A DNA stretch of 64,000 nt from an uncultured beta proteobacterium (lineage in GTDB: Bacteria > Pseudomonadota > Gammaproteobacteria > Burkholderiales > SG8-41): positions 239,398 through 303,397 of the forward strand of contig CAWHHJ010000006.1 in assembly GCA_963829085.1 (NCBI GenBank), read 5' to 3'. How positions within the stretch are numbered: the first letter of the stretch is position 1; each line of letters opens with the position of its first letter. This document shows positions 8,872 through 18,402 of this stretch, one piece after another. The position numbers and the translations under genes were made by a program. The notes beneath the pieces are model-generated. The model ran no database searches and was not told the origin of the DNA. It saw only the letters and a program-made list of their open reading frames with translations.

Positions 8872-10491
8872 CTAACCCGAAAACCTGAACACGCTCGCAG
8901 GTTCAGCAAATTTCCGCGGTGAGCGTATACGGCCGAGAATTTCCAGAGCATTCGGCGCCTGGTGGCAAAGCAGCGCAAAGGCTGCATCGGGAAGGTTCAG
9001 TCCCGCGTTCTTCGCTGCGCGGGTGCAAAGATCGACTATTTCAGGATCGACACCGCTTATCGTCGTTGCGGAAGCTCTATGCGCAATGGCCGCGGGCCTG
9101 CTATCAGGCGATACAACCGCACGCCTCCGCGACCAGTCAGTGGCCTGCTCGTATGCATGCGCTACTCCGAGAACGTTCGCATCCTCGAACGGCCTGCCGA
9201 TGAGTTGCATTGACAACGGCAGACCGGTTTTGCTGAATCCGCTGCAAACGACGACCGCCGGATTTCCGGTGACCGAGAACGGCATGAAGCGATGAGGGCT
9301 TGGCCATTTCGCGAGACTTGGATCGAGCTTCGGCGCCGGTCCGGCGCCCGCCGTAATCAGCACGTCGCAATCCGCAAACACGGTTTTCATTTCAGCGACC
9401 ATGCGCGTGCGCTCCTGCTGAGCGCTCACATAGTCGGCGCCCTGGAACAGGCAGGCGATCAAAGTGCGCTCGAGAAACGTCGAGCCGAAATCCTGCGGAC
9501 GTTCGGTTAGCACCTGTCTTTGTATGGCGAACGTTTCCGGCTCTTCGATCAGAATCCACACGTCCATATAATCACGCAGCGAACGCAGATCGACATCGTG
9601 CACACGCGCGCGAAGTCTTTGCAGCACTTTCACCGCCTCGTCCGTCCCGCGGCCGAGCTCCTCGTTGTCGACCGACGGATCCTTGCCGAAGTGCCGCACC
9701 ACGCCGACGCGAAGATCCTTGAGATCGGTCCTCAACGCCGCGCGGAAATCCTGCTTCGGGCCCGTGGTGCTCGATAGATCTCTCGGGTCGTAGCCCGCAA
9801 TTGCTTCGAGCAGAATCGCGCAGTCCTCGGCGGTTCGCGCGAGCGGCCCGCAATGATCGAGACTGAAACAGTTCGGCAACACACCGTGCCGGCTGACGAG
9901 TCCAAACGTAGGCTTGATCCCTGCCAGACCGCAGAGCGACGCAGGCGTGCGGATCGATCCTCCGGTATCGCTGCCGAGTGCGCCGAGCACCAAGCCTGCC
10001 GCCAACGCCGCTGCGGAGCCGCTGCTCGAACCGCCCGAAAAATGCTCGGGGTTCCATGGATTCCGCGCGGGCGGCCAGGGTAAATCGAAAGACGGCCCGC
10101 CATGCGCAAGCTCGTGAGTTGCAAGCTTCCCCATGAGGACGCCGCCGGCGTCAAAGAGCTTGTCGACTGTCGCAGCATTGACGGTGGGGACATGATTTGC
10201 ATAGACCTTCGAATGCCCGGTGGTGCGGATTCCGGCAGTCTCATAGATATCCTTGAGACCAAACGGTATGCCATGCAGCGCGCCGCGATACGCGCCTTTG
10301 CTGATCTCCGCTTCCGCACGACGGGCCTGTCTGATAGCTTCGCCGCCAGTAACGGTCAGAAAAGCGTTGATGACCGGATCGATCGCCGCGACGCGCGCCA
10401 GCAGTCCTTCAACCAGCTCAACCGGCGACAGCTTGCGTGCTTCAATCAGGCGCGACGCTGCTGCAATGGTGTCCGGTAGCGATGCTGTCAT
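8872..10491 (-). CDS. Amidase-signature (GatA-like) amidase with ~75-aa C-terminal extension
   Basis: GGSSSGSAAALAAGL and GSDTGGSIR amidase signature. The core seems to end near AHAYEQATDW. An extra tail follows: ...VDPEIVDLCTRAAKNAGLNLPDAAFALL...FAEPASVFRFSG. Confidence 0.88.
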   Translation of the reverse strand: MTASLPDTIAAASRLIEARKLSPVELVEGLLARVAAIDPVINAFLTVTGGEAIRQARRAEAEISKGAYRGALHGIPFGLKDIYETAGIRTTGHSKVYANHVPTVNAATVDKLFDAGGVLMGKLATHELAHGGPSFDLPWPPARNPWNPEHFSGGSSSGSAAALAAGLVLGALGSDTGGSIRTPASLCGLAGIKPTFGLVSRHGVLPNCFSLDHCGPLARTAEDCAILLEAIAGYDPRDLSSTTGPKQDFRAALRTDLKDLRVGVVRHFGKDPSVDNEELGRGTDEAVKVLQRLRARVHDVDLRSLRDYMDVWILIEEPETFAIQRQVLTERPQDFGSTFLERTLIACLFQGADYVSAQQERTRMVAEMKTVFADCDVLITAGAGPAPKLDPSLAKWPSPHRFMPFSVTGNPAVVVCSGFSKTGLPLSMQLIGRPFEDANVLGVAHAYEQATDWSRRRAVVSPDSRPAAIAHRASATTISGVDPEIVDLCTRAAKNAGLNLPDAAFALLCHQAPNALEILGRIRSPRKFAEPASVFRFSG

Positions 10492-10699
10492 TTGATCCAG
10501 TCCTCGGGTATCGGCGCCATTTCAATGGCGCGCAGTTTGAATTCGTGAAAGCTTTGTGCTTATGCAGGTCGACGCTGGGCCGCTGTGCGCGATCGAGCCA
10601 ATCGCCAGCATAACCGGTATTTCGGTAGTATTCTTTTGTCGGGCGAGTGCACGGCGCCCATGCTGCGTCGTTAGCGATTCGACTTTGAACGAGAAAAAT

Positions 10700-11674
10700 A
10701 TGCGGGCAGCCAGATTCTTTAGAGCGTTGGTACCGATGGCCGCCGCGATCGTGATCGCAGGCAATGCTTGCGCACAGGCATATCCAACGAAACCAATTCG
10801 CGTGCTCGACGGATTTCCCGCGGGCGGCTCGACGGACATTGTCGCGCGCATCATCGCGCCGAAATTTCAGGAGAGCCAGGGACAGACGTGGATCGTCGAC
10901 AATCGCGCCGGCGCGCAGGGCATCATCGCCGGAGAACTCGCGGCGAAGGCGCCGCCGGACGGCTATACGCTGCTGATGTTCACCACCACTTTCACGCTCC
11001 ATCCCGCCATCTACAGGAACATGCCGTTCGATGTGACTAAATCTTTCGTTGGTGTGATACAGACATCGAACATTACCAACGTGCTGGCGGTGCATCCTTC
11101 GGTGCCGGCGCGGACGGTCAAGGAACTGATCGCGCTCGCGAAGGCGAGCCCGGGCCGGCTCAATTTTGCGGCGGGCGGCACAGGCCCGCAGATGACGGGC
11201 GAGTTGTTCAACAGTATGGCCGGCGTCAAGATCACGCATATACCGTACAAGGGTGGCGCGCCCGCTGTGGCGGCCACAGTAGGCGGAGAGGCGGATCTCA
11301 CATTTGCCACGATGCCCACCGCGATCTCGCACATCCGCAGCGGCAGACTGCGCGCGCTCGGTGCGTGCACTGCCACGCGCACGATGCTGATGCCGGACTT
11401 GCCAACCATTGCAGAGGCAGGCGTGCCGGGCTACGACGCCCCGAATTCCGTAGGTATCCTGGCGCCTGCGGGGACGCCGCGCGAAATCGTGGGCAAACTC
11501 CAACAGGAGATCGCGCGAATCGTCACCATGCGCGATGTTCAGGAAAGGCTGCTTGCGGCGGGGATCGAGCCTTCGTCGATGAAGCCGGAGAATTTCACCG
11601 AGCACATCCGTGCCGAGGTCGCGAAGTGGAACAAGGTCGTGAAAGCAGCCGGCATCGAACCGCAGACGTGGTGA
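10700..11674 (+). CDS. Bug/TctC-family periplasmic solute receptor
   Basis: MRAARFFRALVPMAAAIVIAGNACAQAYPTKPIRVLDGFPAGGSTD (variant LDGF in place of the usual VPF). Confidence 0.88.
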   Translation: MRAARFFRALVPMAAAIVIAGNACAQAYPTKPIRVLDGFPAGGSTDIVARIIAPKFQESQGQTWIVDNRAGAQGIIAGELAAKAPPDGYTLLMFTTTFTLHPAIYRNMPFDVTKSFVGVIQTSNITNVLAVHPSVPARTVKELIALAKASPGRLNFAAGGTGPQMTGELFNSMAGVKITHIPYKGGAPAVAATVGGEADLTFATMPTAISHIRSGRLRALGACTATRTMLMPDLPTIAEAGVPGYDAPNSVGILAPAGTPREIVGKLQQEIARIVTMRDVQERLLAAGIEPSSMKPENFTEHIRAEVAKWNKVVKAAGIEPQTW

Positions 11675-11720
11675 GACACCGCTCGCAGCCGTCCCGCAAT
11701 ATTTCCGGCTACCTGGTTAT

Positions 11721-12722
11721 TCATTCAATACGGACGTTCGCCGTCGTCACGACGTGCTGCCATTTCTCGATCTCGCGTTTCACAAAGGCAGCGGTTTGTT
11801 CAGCGCTCATTGCCGGCGGCTCGATCGCCAGTTCGGCCAGACGCGTCACGTAATCGGGCCGTGCGATTACCGTACCGTGGGCCGTCTTTAGCTGCGTAAG
11901 TATCGGACGCGGAGTCGAGGCTGGCGCCGCGAAAGCCCACCATGCGCTCGATTCGATTCCCGGATAACCCGCTTCGCTAAACGTCGGCACGTCGGGCAGG
12001 GGACTCAGGCGGCGCGGGTGCGCCACTCCAAGCGCTCTCAACTTGCCGCTTTTTACGTGCACCAAAATCGTCGACAGATCGGTGACCATCATGTCGGCTT
12101 CACTGCTGAGCAATCCAACGAGCGCCGGCCCGCCGCTCTTGTACGGAATGTGCACGATGTCGATGCCCGCCTCGTGCTTGAACTGCTCGCCTGCCATGTG
12201 AACGATCGTGCCGGGTCCTGCCGATGCAAAACTAAGCTTGCCGGGCTGTTTTTTCGCGAGCGCAATCAGCTCGGATACATTTCGCGCGGGCAGATCGGCG
12301 CGCACGGCAAGGATATAGGGCGCGACCGCAGTGATGCCGATGAGCGCCAGGTCGCGATCAACGTTATACGGAATTTTTTTGATCAGAATGCCGTTGATCG
12401 CGAACGTGCTGATCGTGCTGAAGAGCAACGTGTAGCCGTCCGGCACCGCGCGCGTGACGATCTCGGTCCCGATAATTCCCGAGGCGCCGGGACGATTGTC
12501 CGTAATGACTTGCTTGCCCCACATGTCGCTCAACTCTTTCGCATAGAGCCGGCCGACGAAATCGGCGGGGCCGCCCGCCGCCCACGGATTGATCAAACGC
12601 ACGGGCCGCACCGGATAATCATCCGCCGCCAGGACATCACCTACCCTCAGTGAAATCAGGACGATGATTCCAGCGACGCAGATTCGCGTACTCACGCGCA
12701 GCGGAGTTCGACGAAGTTGCAT
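11721..12722 (-). CDS. Bug/TctC-family periplasmic solute receptor
   Basis: 333 aa; ...LAADDYPVRPVRLINPWAAGGPAD. Confidence 0.88.
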   Translation of the reverse strand: MQLRRTPLRVSTRICVAGIIVLISLRVGDVLAADDYPVRPVRLINPWAAGGPADFVGRLYAKELSDMWGKQVITDNRPGASGIIGTEIVTRAVPDGYTLLFSTISTFAINGILIKKIPYNVDRDLALIGITAVAPYILAVRADLPARNVSELIALAKKQPGKLSFASAGPGTIVHMAGEQFKHEAGIDIVHIPYKSGGPALVGLLSSEADMMVTDLSTILVHVKSGKLRALGVAHPRRLSPLPDVPTFSEAGYPGIESSAWWAFAAPASTPRPILTQLKTAHGTVIARPDYVTRLAELAIEPPAMSAEQTAAFVKREIEKWQHVVTTANVRIE

Positions 12723-12853
12723 AGCACCGCCATCAGTATACGTGCCGACGATCTCCGAGTCATTGCCCGGGCCAGCGGTGCCTCGGCCCGAACAATCGAA
12801 CCGCCCTAGAATAGAGCCGTTACCTTGCTTCTTAGTCAGAATGAAAGCGCGGC

Positions 12854-13702
12854 GTGGGAACTCTCATAAAACTAAACGGCTTCGACATCTTCCATGAAGT
12901 GACCGGCAAAGGCACGCCGATCATCTGGTGTCATGAAGCGGCCGGCGACTACCGAAGCTGGGACCCGCAGGTCAAATTTTTTTCGCGCTACTACAGAAAC
13001 ATCACTTGGAATTTCCGCGGATTCCCGCCGTCGTCCGTGCCCTCAGACCCCGCAGCTTATTCCGAAGAGACGATGGTCGCTGACATGCATGAGCTCATGC
13101 TGTATCTGGATGACAAGAAAGCGCATATTGTCGGTCTTGCGAGCGGCGCTGCGATTGCGCTGCGCTTCGTGCTCCAGTACCCAGAGATGTGCTTGAGCAT
13201 GGCGGTGGCCGCGTGCGGCGTCGGGTCGATGAATCCGGAGAAGCGGCAGCAGCAGATCGACGACAGTGTCGCGATGCTGAAGGGCGGCAGCATGCAAACT
13301 CTGGTGGAATTTCAGACCCACCGCCCGGCGCGCCAGCAGTTCCGGCGCAAAGACCCCAAAGGCTGGCAGCTTTTCCACGACCAGTTTCTCGAGCAGTCAC
13401 CGCTCGGCTGGAGCATGACCGCGCGGCATGTCGCGGGCACGCGGCCGACCGTATTCAGTCTTAGAGAAAAACTCAACCGACTCACTGTGCCGTCGCTCAT
13501 CATGGTTGGCGACGAAGATGAAGCGTGTCTGGAACCGTCGATCTTTCTCAAGCGCGAAATTCCGGGCGCCGGGCTGCTAGCGTTTCCGCAATGTGGGCAT
13601 ACGCTGAATCTTGAAGAACCCGCCGACTTCAATCAAGCGCTGCTTAAATTCTTTCAGGCAGTCAGCGCGAGAACGTGGGCAACTCGCAGCGTTCATAAGT
13701 AG
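12854..13702 (+). CDS. Alpha/beta hydrolase
   Basis: GTG start. KLNGFDIFHEVTGKGTPIIWCHE..., nucleophile-elbow-like GLASGAA, C-terminal FPQCGHTLNLEEPADFNQALLKFF. Confidence 0.8.
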   Translation: MGTLIKLNGFDIFHEVTGKGTPIIWCHEAAGDYRSWDPQVKFFSRYYRNITWNFRGFPPSSVPSDPAAYSEETMVADMHELMLYLDDKKAHIVGLASGAAIALRFVLQYPEMCLSMAVAACGVGSMNPEKRQQQIDDSVAMLKGGSMQTLVEFQTHRPARQQFRRKDPKGWQLFHDQFLEQSPLGWSMTARHVAGTRPTVFSLREKLNRLTVPSLIMVGDEDEACLEPSIFLKREIPGAGLLAFPQCGHTLNLEEPADFNQALLKFFQAVSARTWATRSVHK

Positions 13703-13952
13703 CGCCCTCCCGTCTCTTAGTGGCGTAAAAACGCCCGCATTTATCTCTTGAAGAGCTTTCGCTTAGAAAGCGTTACGTCAGTCTGCACCGGGACGAATTA
13801 TTACAGTCACCGAAGACTGAGAAGCGCTGAACCGCAAAGGACGCGAACGAAATTCAAAGAACAGAACCCCGATGCGATCATCACGAAAAAAAGATTGAAC
13901 TACGAACGACGCAACGGACGCCAGGGGAACTCAAAGCAAGCATATCAAACCA

Positions 13953-14852
13953 TCAACTCGCGGGCTGTGGTGGGCTGCCCTCGCGCAGTACGAATTCTTC
14001 CATCGAGAGCGTGTATTCGTTGGAGGGTGTGAGATAGCGAATGCATGACTGCGTGGGATAGTAGCCCTTGACGGCCACCGCCGGCGGCGACTTAAGCGGT
14101 GAGCACGAAGCCGGCCGGCTCAACAAGTAATCGCGGGTCACCATCTCCTCGTAGAACGTCACGCGCCCGTCGTAGACGCCGTAGATCCAGGTTCGTGTGA
14201 ACGTCTTCTTGTTGAATTCAGGGCTGGTGAGATCGATCAAGTGATTGCCCATCGCGGGCGCGACTGCATCGACGCTCTTGAAGTCGGGATGCATGTAATT
14301 TGCGGGGACCGCCTTCGTCGCAGTCTTGAAGTGGTCGCAGCGGACGAATTCCGGGCCGCAGGTACCCGGCGCGATCGCGAAAACCTTCTCGATCGGTTCC
14401 ATATAAAAGTGAACGTCAAAGTGCGGCAGATGATAAACGCCGGGAGGAATATGTCCATGAGGGTTCCAGTTGAGACCCACCCATTTGAATGGAATATCCG
14501 CACGCCGCGCCACATCGCTCGGCAGCGGGATGACATGCTCATGCGAGCCAAAACATTCCTTGTCGAGATCGAAGTTCCCATCGCTGTTGTGGTCAAAGCA
14601 GTGGTGACCGTCCGAATGTTCTGTGGGAAGCGCGTCGAGCGAGCCGGCATGGAAAACGATGCCGATGGCTTTGGGCATGCCGTTCTTGTCGAACTCGGCG
14701 TAGCTGCTGACCATTCCCTTACCGACGCTAGAATTGGCGCCCAGCAAACGTCCGTTTGCTACGTCACTCTGCTTGATGTCAGAGCATCCCGGAATTGTAA
14801 GAGCCGCCAACAACATCATCATCTTTCCTAACGCGACACCACGGCAATGCAT
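13953..14852 (-). CDS. Hypothetical exported His/Cys-rich protein, probable lipoprotein
   Basis: MHCRGVALGKMMMLLAALTIPGCSD is lipobox-like. Repeated His/Cys clusters: HSDGHHCFDHNSDG, CFGSHEHV, WNPHGHIPPGVYHLPHFDVHFY. Confidence 0.6.
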   Translation of the reverse strand: MHCRGVALGKMMMLLAALTIPGCSDIKQSDVANGRLLGANSSVGKGMVSSYAEFDKNGMPKAIGIVFHAGSLDALPTEHSDGHHCFDHNSDGNFDLDKECFGSHEHVIPLPSDVARRADIPFKWVGLNWNPHGHIPPGVYHLPHFDVHFYMEPIEKVFAIAPGTCGPEFVRCDHFKTATKAVPANYMHPDFKSVDAVAPAMGNHLIDLTSPEFNKKTFTRTWIYGVYDGRVTFYEEMVTRDYLLSRPASCSPLKSPPAVAVKGYYPTQSCIRYLTPSNEYTLSMEEFVLREGSPPQPAS

Positions 14853-14916
14853 GTTGTCCTCCTCGCGCTTGCGGAATTCGATTCAGCGGGTAATGCCTCC
14901 CTGGTCTCCGACGCAA

Positions 14917-15591
14917 TCAGATAGCGACGAATGGAGTGTCCTTGATCGAAGCGGCGAATCCTTCGGCAGCCTCGTGCACTTTCGCCCAGCTTTTCAAGCC
15001 CTTCATGCGGCGCAGCCAGCGCTCGACGTTCGGATAGGCGGAGTAAGAGCAGCGGATGAGATCGCCTACCGCAACGACTTCCACGCCAAAGTAATCGGCG
15101 AGCGTTATTTTGTCGCCGCACAAGTATGGTTTTTGTGGTCCGAGTAAATGCTCGTCGAGAATCTTGAACCACCCTTGCGACTTCTCCTTACCCCACGCCA
15201 CCGTACCGGCGTGGATCTCGTCGCTCGGACGTTTGTGATGCGGGAAGAGCTGCGAGTAGATCAGCCCGTAGCCATAATCCTTATAGAAGTTGGCGTTGAA
15301 CCAGTCCATCATTTCGTTGACGCGCGCGCGTTGCTTCAAGTCCTTCGGATACGCGCTTGAACCAGTCTTGTCGGCGAGGTACTTGAGGATTGCGGAGCTC
15401 TCGCTGAGCCGGAAATCGCCATCCTCGAGAACTGGGATTAAACGACTGGCGTTAATGTTGGAGAACTCGGGTTTCAGATGCTCGCCGGTAAACAGGTCGA
15501 CCAGCTTGTAATCGAGATCGATGCCCTCTTCTGATGCAAATAGCATCACCATCCGACAGGTGGTGGATGCGGGATGGTAGTAGAGCCTCAT
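14917..15591 (-). CDS. Glutathione S-transferase
   Basis: MRLYYHPASTTCRMV..., IPVLEDGDFRLSESSAILKYL (GST N-domain), typical C-domain length (224 aa). Confidence 0.85.
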   Translation of the reverse strand: MRLYYHPASTTCRMVMLFASEEGIDLDYKLVDLFTGEHLKPEFSNINASRLIPVLEDGDFRLSESSAILKYLADKTGSSAYPKDLKQRARVNEMMDWFNANFYKDYGYGLIYSQLFPHHKRPSDEIHAGTVAWGKEKSQGWFKILDEHLLGPQKPYLCGDKITLADYFGVEVVAVGDLIRCSYSAYPNVERWLRRMKGLKSWAKVHEAAEGFAASIKDTPFVAI

Positions 15592-15754
15592 GATGTTTCC
15601 TTTCGTGAAATTAAATGTGAAGGCGAACTCACGCGGGCTGCCGACGCTTATTGAGGTAAACGACGCTATGGCTGCACAAAATTGAGCCGATTGCTCGTTA
15701 ATGCGCTCTCACCAATCTGCGCGCATATTGTGCCTAATTTTTTCTAACGGCACA

Positions 15755-15902
15755 CAAATTGCGCGGCGCCGGGCTGCTGACGTTTCCGCAATGCGGGCAC
15801 ACGCTGAATCTTGAAGAGCCCGCGGACTTCAGTCATGCGCTGCTGAAATTTTTTCAGGCAGTAAGCGCGGGAACGTGGGCGACTCGCGGCGCACAGACGT
15901 GA
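15755..15902 (+). pseudogene. 3'-terminal remnant (~45 codons) of an alpha/beta-hydrolase paralog
   Basis: 15765-15902 aligns base-for-base with 13565-13702, the 3' end of CDS 12854..13702. There are scattered, mostly synonymous substitutions. It translates GAGLLTFPQCGHTLNLEEPADFSHALLKFFQAVSAGTWATRGAQT* versus GAGLLAFPQCGHTLNLEEPADFNQALLKFFQAVSARTWATRSVHK*. No upstream coding continuation. Confidence 0.8.
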
Positions 15903-15917
15903 CCCGCTACTGGGCGG

Positions 15918-16307
15918 CTATTTTTTCGCAGTTTTCCTGCGGCTGCCGCGATTGGTGTCCTTGAACTTGCCTTCTAGCTCGAGCTCTTGGAGCGCCCGAA
16001 TTCCGACGCTGTAAGCAACTCCGCCGCCCGGAATGTGCGCGGCTTTGAGCGCTTCGAACAATTCCTGGCGCGTTGCACCGAAATCCACCGCGCGCCGCAT
16101 ATGCGCCGCGACGCCGTATTGAAGGCCGCGCGACGCCAGTATGCCGATCACGATCATTTCTTTGACCTTGACCGACAGCGCGCCTTCGCTCACCGCGACG
16201 CGACGAAGTTCGTCGCGCACTGCCGCATATTCCGGGTCGAGCGTCTCCGCCCATACCATTTCGCTATAGCCAAACGGATCTTTTTTCTGCGGTGCCTTTT
16301 TAGCCAT
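15918..16307 (-). CDS. Carboxymuconolactone decarboxylase (AhpD-like) family protein
   Basis: 129 aa; LSVKVKEMIVIGILASRGLQYGVAAHMRRAVDFGATRQELFEAL resembles the CMD-family helix core. Confidence 0.65.
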   Translation of the reverse strand: MAKKAPQKKDPFGYSEMVWAETLDPEYAAVRDELRRVAVSEGALSVKVKEMIVIGILASRGLQYGVAAHMRRAVDFGATRQELFEALKAAHIPGGGVAYSVGIRALQELELEGKFKDTNRGSRRKTAKK

Positions 16308-16345
16308 GATGCTCCTGTCGATGGTGGCAATCTGTCGATTTGCCT

Positions 16346-17200
16346 TTAGGAAACCTGATAGCCCCAGCGCCCCAACTCACAGGCGTGAAAGAAATCATCG
16401 AGCGCCCGATTGAACGTAAGTGGCTCTTCTATGTTGAGATTGTGGCCGGAGTACGGTAACACCATGAGCGCTGCACGCGGCATCTGCGCGCGCATGAAGA
16501 GCGTCGGCGCGACAGACGGCGTGTCATCGTCGCCGAACATGAGCAGCGTCGGGATGTCGCAGGCACGCAGTTGCTCGCGCTGATCGTACACAGAAGGCCG
16601 GTTGAGGAAGCTGCCACGCAGCGTGCGCGCGCAACCCTCGGGCGAATGCAGCTTTAGACGTTCCCGAAAAGCCATCCAGCCCTGCGGATCCTTCGCCTTG
16701 AACGTGCGGCGTACAGGAAGATTGGCCATGCGATCCGCCATGACCTCGGCGCCAAGCTCTTCATACAAACGCGCGCGCTCTTCGACAGCCTTGAGCCGGA
16801 TCTTCTGCTGCTCGGGGTCGGTCGTCACGCCCGCTCCGCAACTGCCGATCACCATTGAGCGCACGCGCGCCGGATGGCTAAGCGCGAAATTGAGGACGGC
16901 GAATGAACCCATCGAGACACCGACGAGATGCGCCTGCTCGGCACCGACGTGGTCGATGAGACAGCCGATGTCGGCCGCGACGCGCGTGATGCTGTAATCA
17001 GCGCCCGCCGGCGGCACGTCGGAAGGCGGATAACCGCGCGCAGCGTACGCGACGCATCGATAGCGGCGCGCAAAATGACTGACTTGCGGCGCCCACGATT
17101 GATAGTTGTCGCCGAACTCGTGCGCGAAGATTACTGGAAATCCGCTGCCCGCTTCTTCGTAATAGATGCGAACGTTATCGTCCGTTATAAAATGCGGCAT
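16346..17200 (-). CDS. Alpha/beta hydrolase
   Basis: Start at internal Met, 5 nt after the upstream Bug stop. MPHFITDDNVRIYYEEAGSGFPVIFAHEFG..., GVSMGSF nucleophile elbow, PYSGHNLNIEEP near the C-terminus. Confidence 0.82.
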   Translation of the reverse strand: MPHFITDDNVRIYYEEAGSGFPVIFAHEFGDNYQSWAPQVSHFARRYRCVAYAARGYPPSDVPPAGADYSITRVAADIGCLIDHVGAEQAHLVGVSMGSFAVLNFALSHPARVRSMVIGSCGAGVTTDPEQQKIRLKAVEERARLYEELGAEVMADRMANLPVRRTFKAKDPQGWMAFRERLKLHSPEGCARTLRGSFLNRPSVYDQREQLRACDIPTLLMFGDDDTPSVAPTLFMRAQMPRAALMVLPYSGHNLNIEEPLTFNRALDDFFHACELGRWGYQVS

Positions 17201-17205
17201 CGCTC

Positions 17206-18192
17206 TCAGTCCGCGCGCACGTTCGCCTTGCGCGCAACGGCCGTCCACGTATCGATCTGCTGTTTGATGAACGCGGCACATTGCTCCGGCGTGCTCGCCT
17301 GGACATCCATTGCGAGTACGTCGAGACGCTGTTTCACGTCGGGCATATGCAGGACGATGGCGACGTCGTGCTGCAGTTTCGTCACGATCTGCTTCGGCGT
17401 ATTTGCGGGCGCCTGCAAGGTATGGAATTCGAGTCCTTCGTAATCCGGCAGCACGCTTGCAACCGGCGGCACGCCGGGCAGGCGCGGCGTCGGATTGGCA
17501 CTCGTGACCGCGATTGCACGAATCTTTCCCGCTCCGAGCTGAGTGAGCGCCGTCGAAATGCTCGTCATCGAGTAGTCAACTTCGGATGCAATCACGGCGG
17601 TGAGCGCGGCAGGTGCGCCCTTGTACGGAACGTGGACAGTGCTGATGCCGGCGCGCATGTTGATCAATTCAATGAATACGTGCGGTGAGGAACCGACGCC
17701 GATCGAGCTGTAGCGAAGCGCGCCGGGTTTTGCTTTTGCCCGCTCGATCAGCTCCTTCAGTCCAGTCGCGGGCGACGAGGCGGACACGATCATCACGAGC
17801 GGCAGCGTCACCATTAATGTGACGTGCGTGAAATCCTTATACGGGTCATACGGCAATTTCGAATAAAGACCGGGCGCGATCGCATTTGGACCAAAGCCGC
17901 CTACGAACAATGTGTAGCCGTCCGGCTGCGCTTTCACGACGAGATCGGCGCCTATGGTGCCGCCCGCGCCGACGCGGTTATCCACCAGCACGTTCTGCCC
18001 CCACATCTCGCTGAGTTTCTGTGCGACGAGACGCGCGATCACATCGGTCGAGCCGCCAGGTGCGAGGCCGAGGACGAATCGTACGGGTTTGTTCGGATAC
18101 TGCTGGGCATACAATTCGCAGACAGTGCAGCACGACGACGCGATGAGCAAAAGCGATGCTACGAATTTGGATCTCATAAAATTTTTATGCAT
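17206..18192 (-). CDS. Bug/TctC-family periplasmic solute receptor
   Basis: MHKNFMRSKFVASLLLIASSCCTVCELYAQQYPNKPVRFVLGLAPGGSTD. Start is ambiguous between 18192 and 18177. Confidence 0.88.
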   Translation of the reverse strand: MHKNFMRSKFVASLLLIASSCCTVCELYAQQYPNKPVRFVLGLAPGGSTDVIARLVAQKLSEMWGQNVLVDNRVGAGGTIGADLVVKAQPDGYTLFVGGFGPNAIAPGLYSKLPYDPYKDFTHVTLMVTLPLVMIVSASSPATGLKELIERAKAKPGALRYSSIGVGSSPHVFIELINMRAGISTVHVPYKGAPAALTAVIASEVDYSMTSISTALTQLGAGKIRAIAVTSANPTPRLPGVPPVASVLPDYEGLEFHTLQAPANTPKQIVTKLQHDVAIVLHMPDVKQRLDVLAMDVQASTPEQCAAFIKQQIDTWTAVARKANVRAD

Positions 18193-18402
18193 CGCACATT
18201 TTTCTGATGAATGTTTTGAATTGGAGCGTGCACGGCATCGAGTCGCGCTGTCCATGTGAGTATCCACGAGTTCGCGAGCAGCGGTCAAACGGGCCTCATG
18301 GCGCTCTGCGGGTTTGCCGCAGTGTAGCGTTTAATCTAGACTGTTCGCGCTGACACACTCGAAGAAGCAGCGCTTCTGTTTCGCAAACTCATTATTTTCG
18401 AT

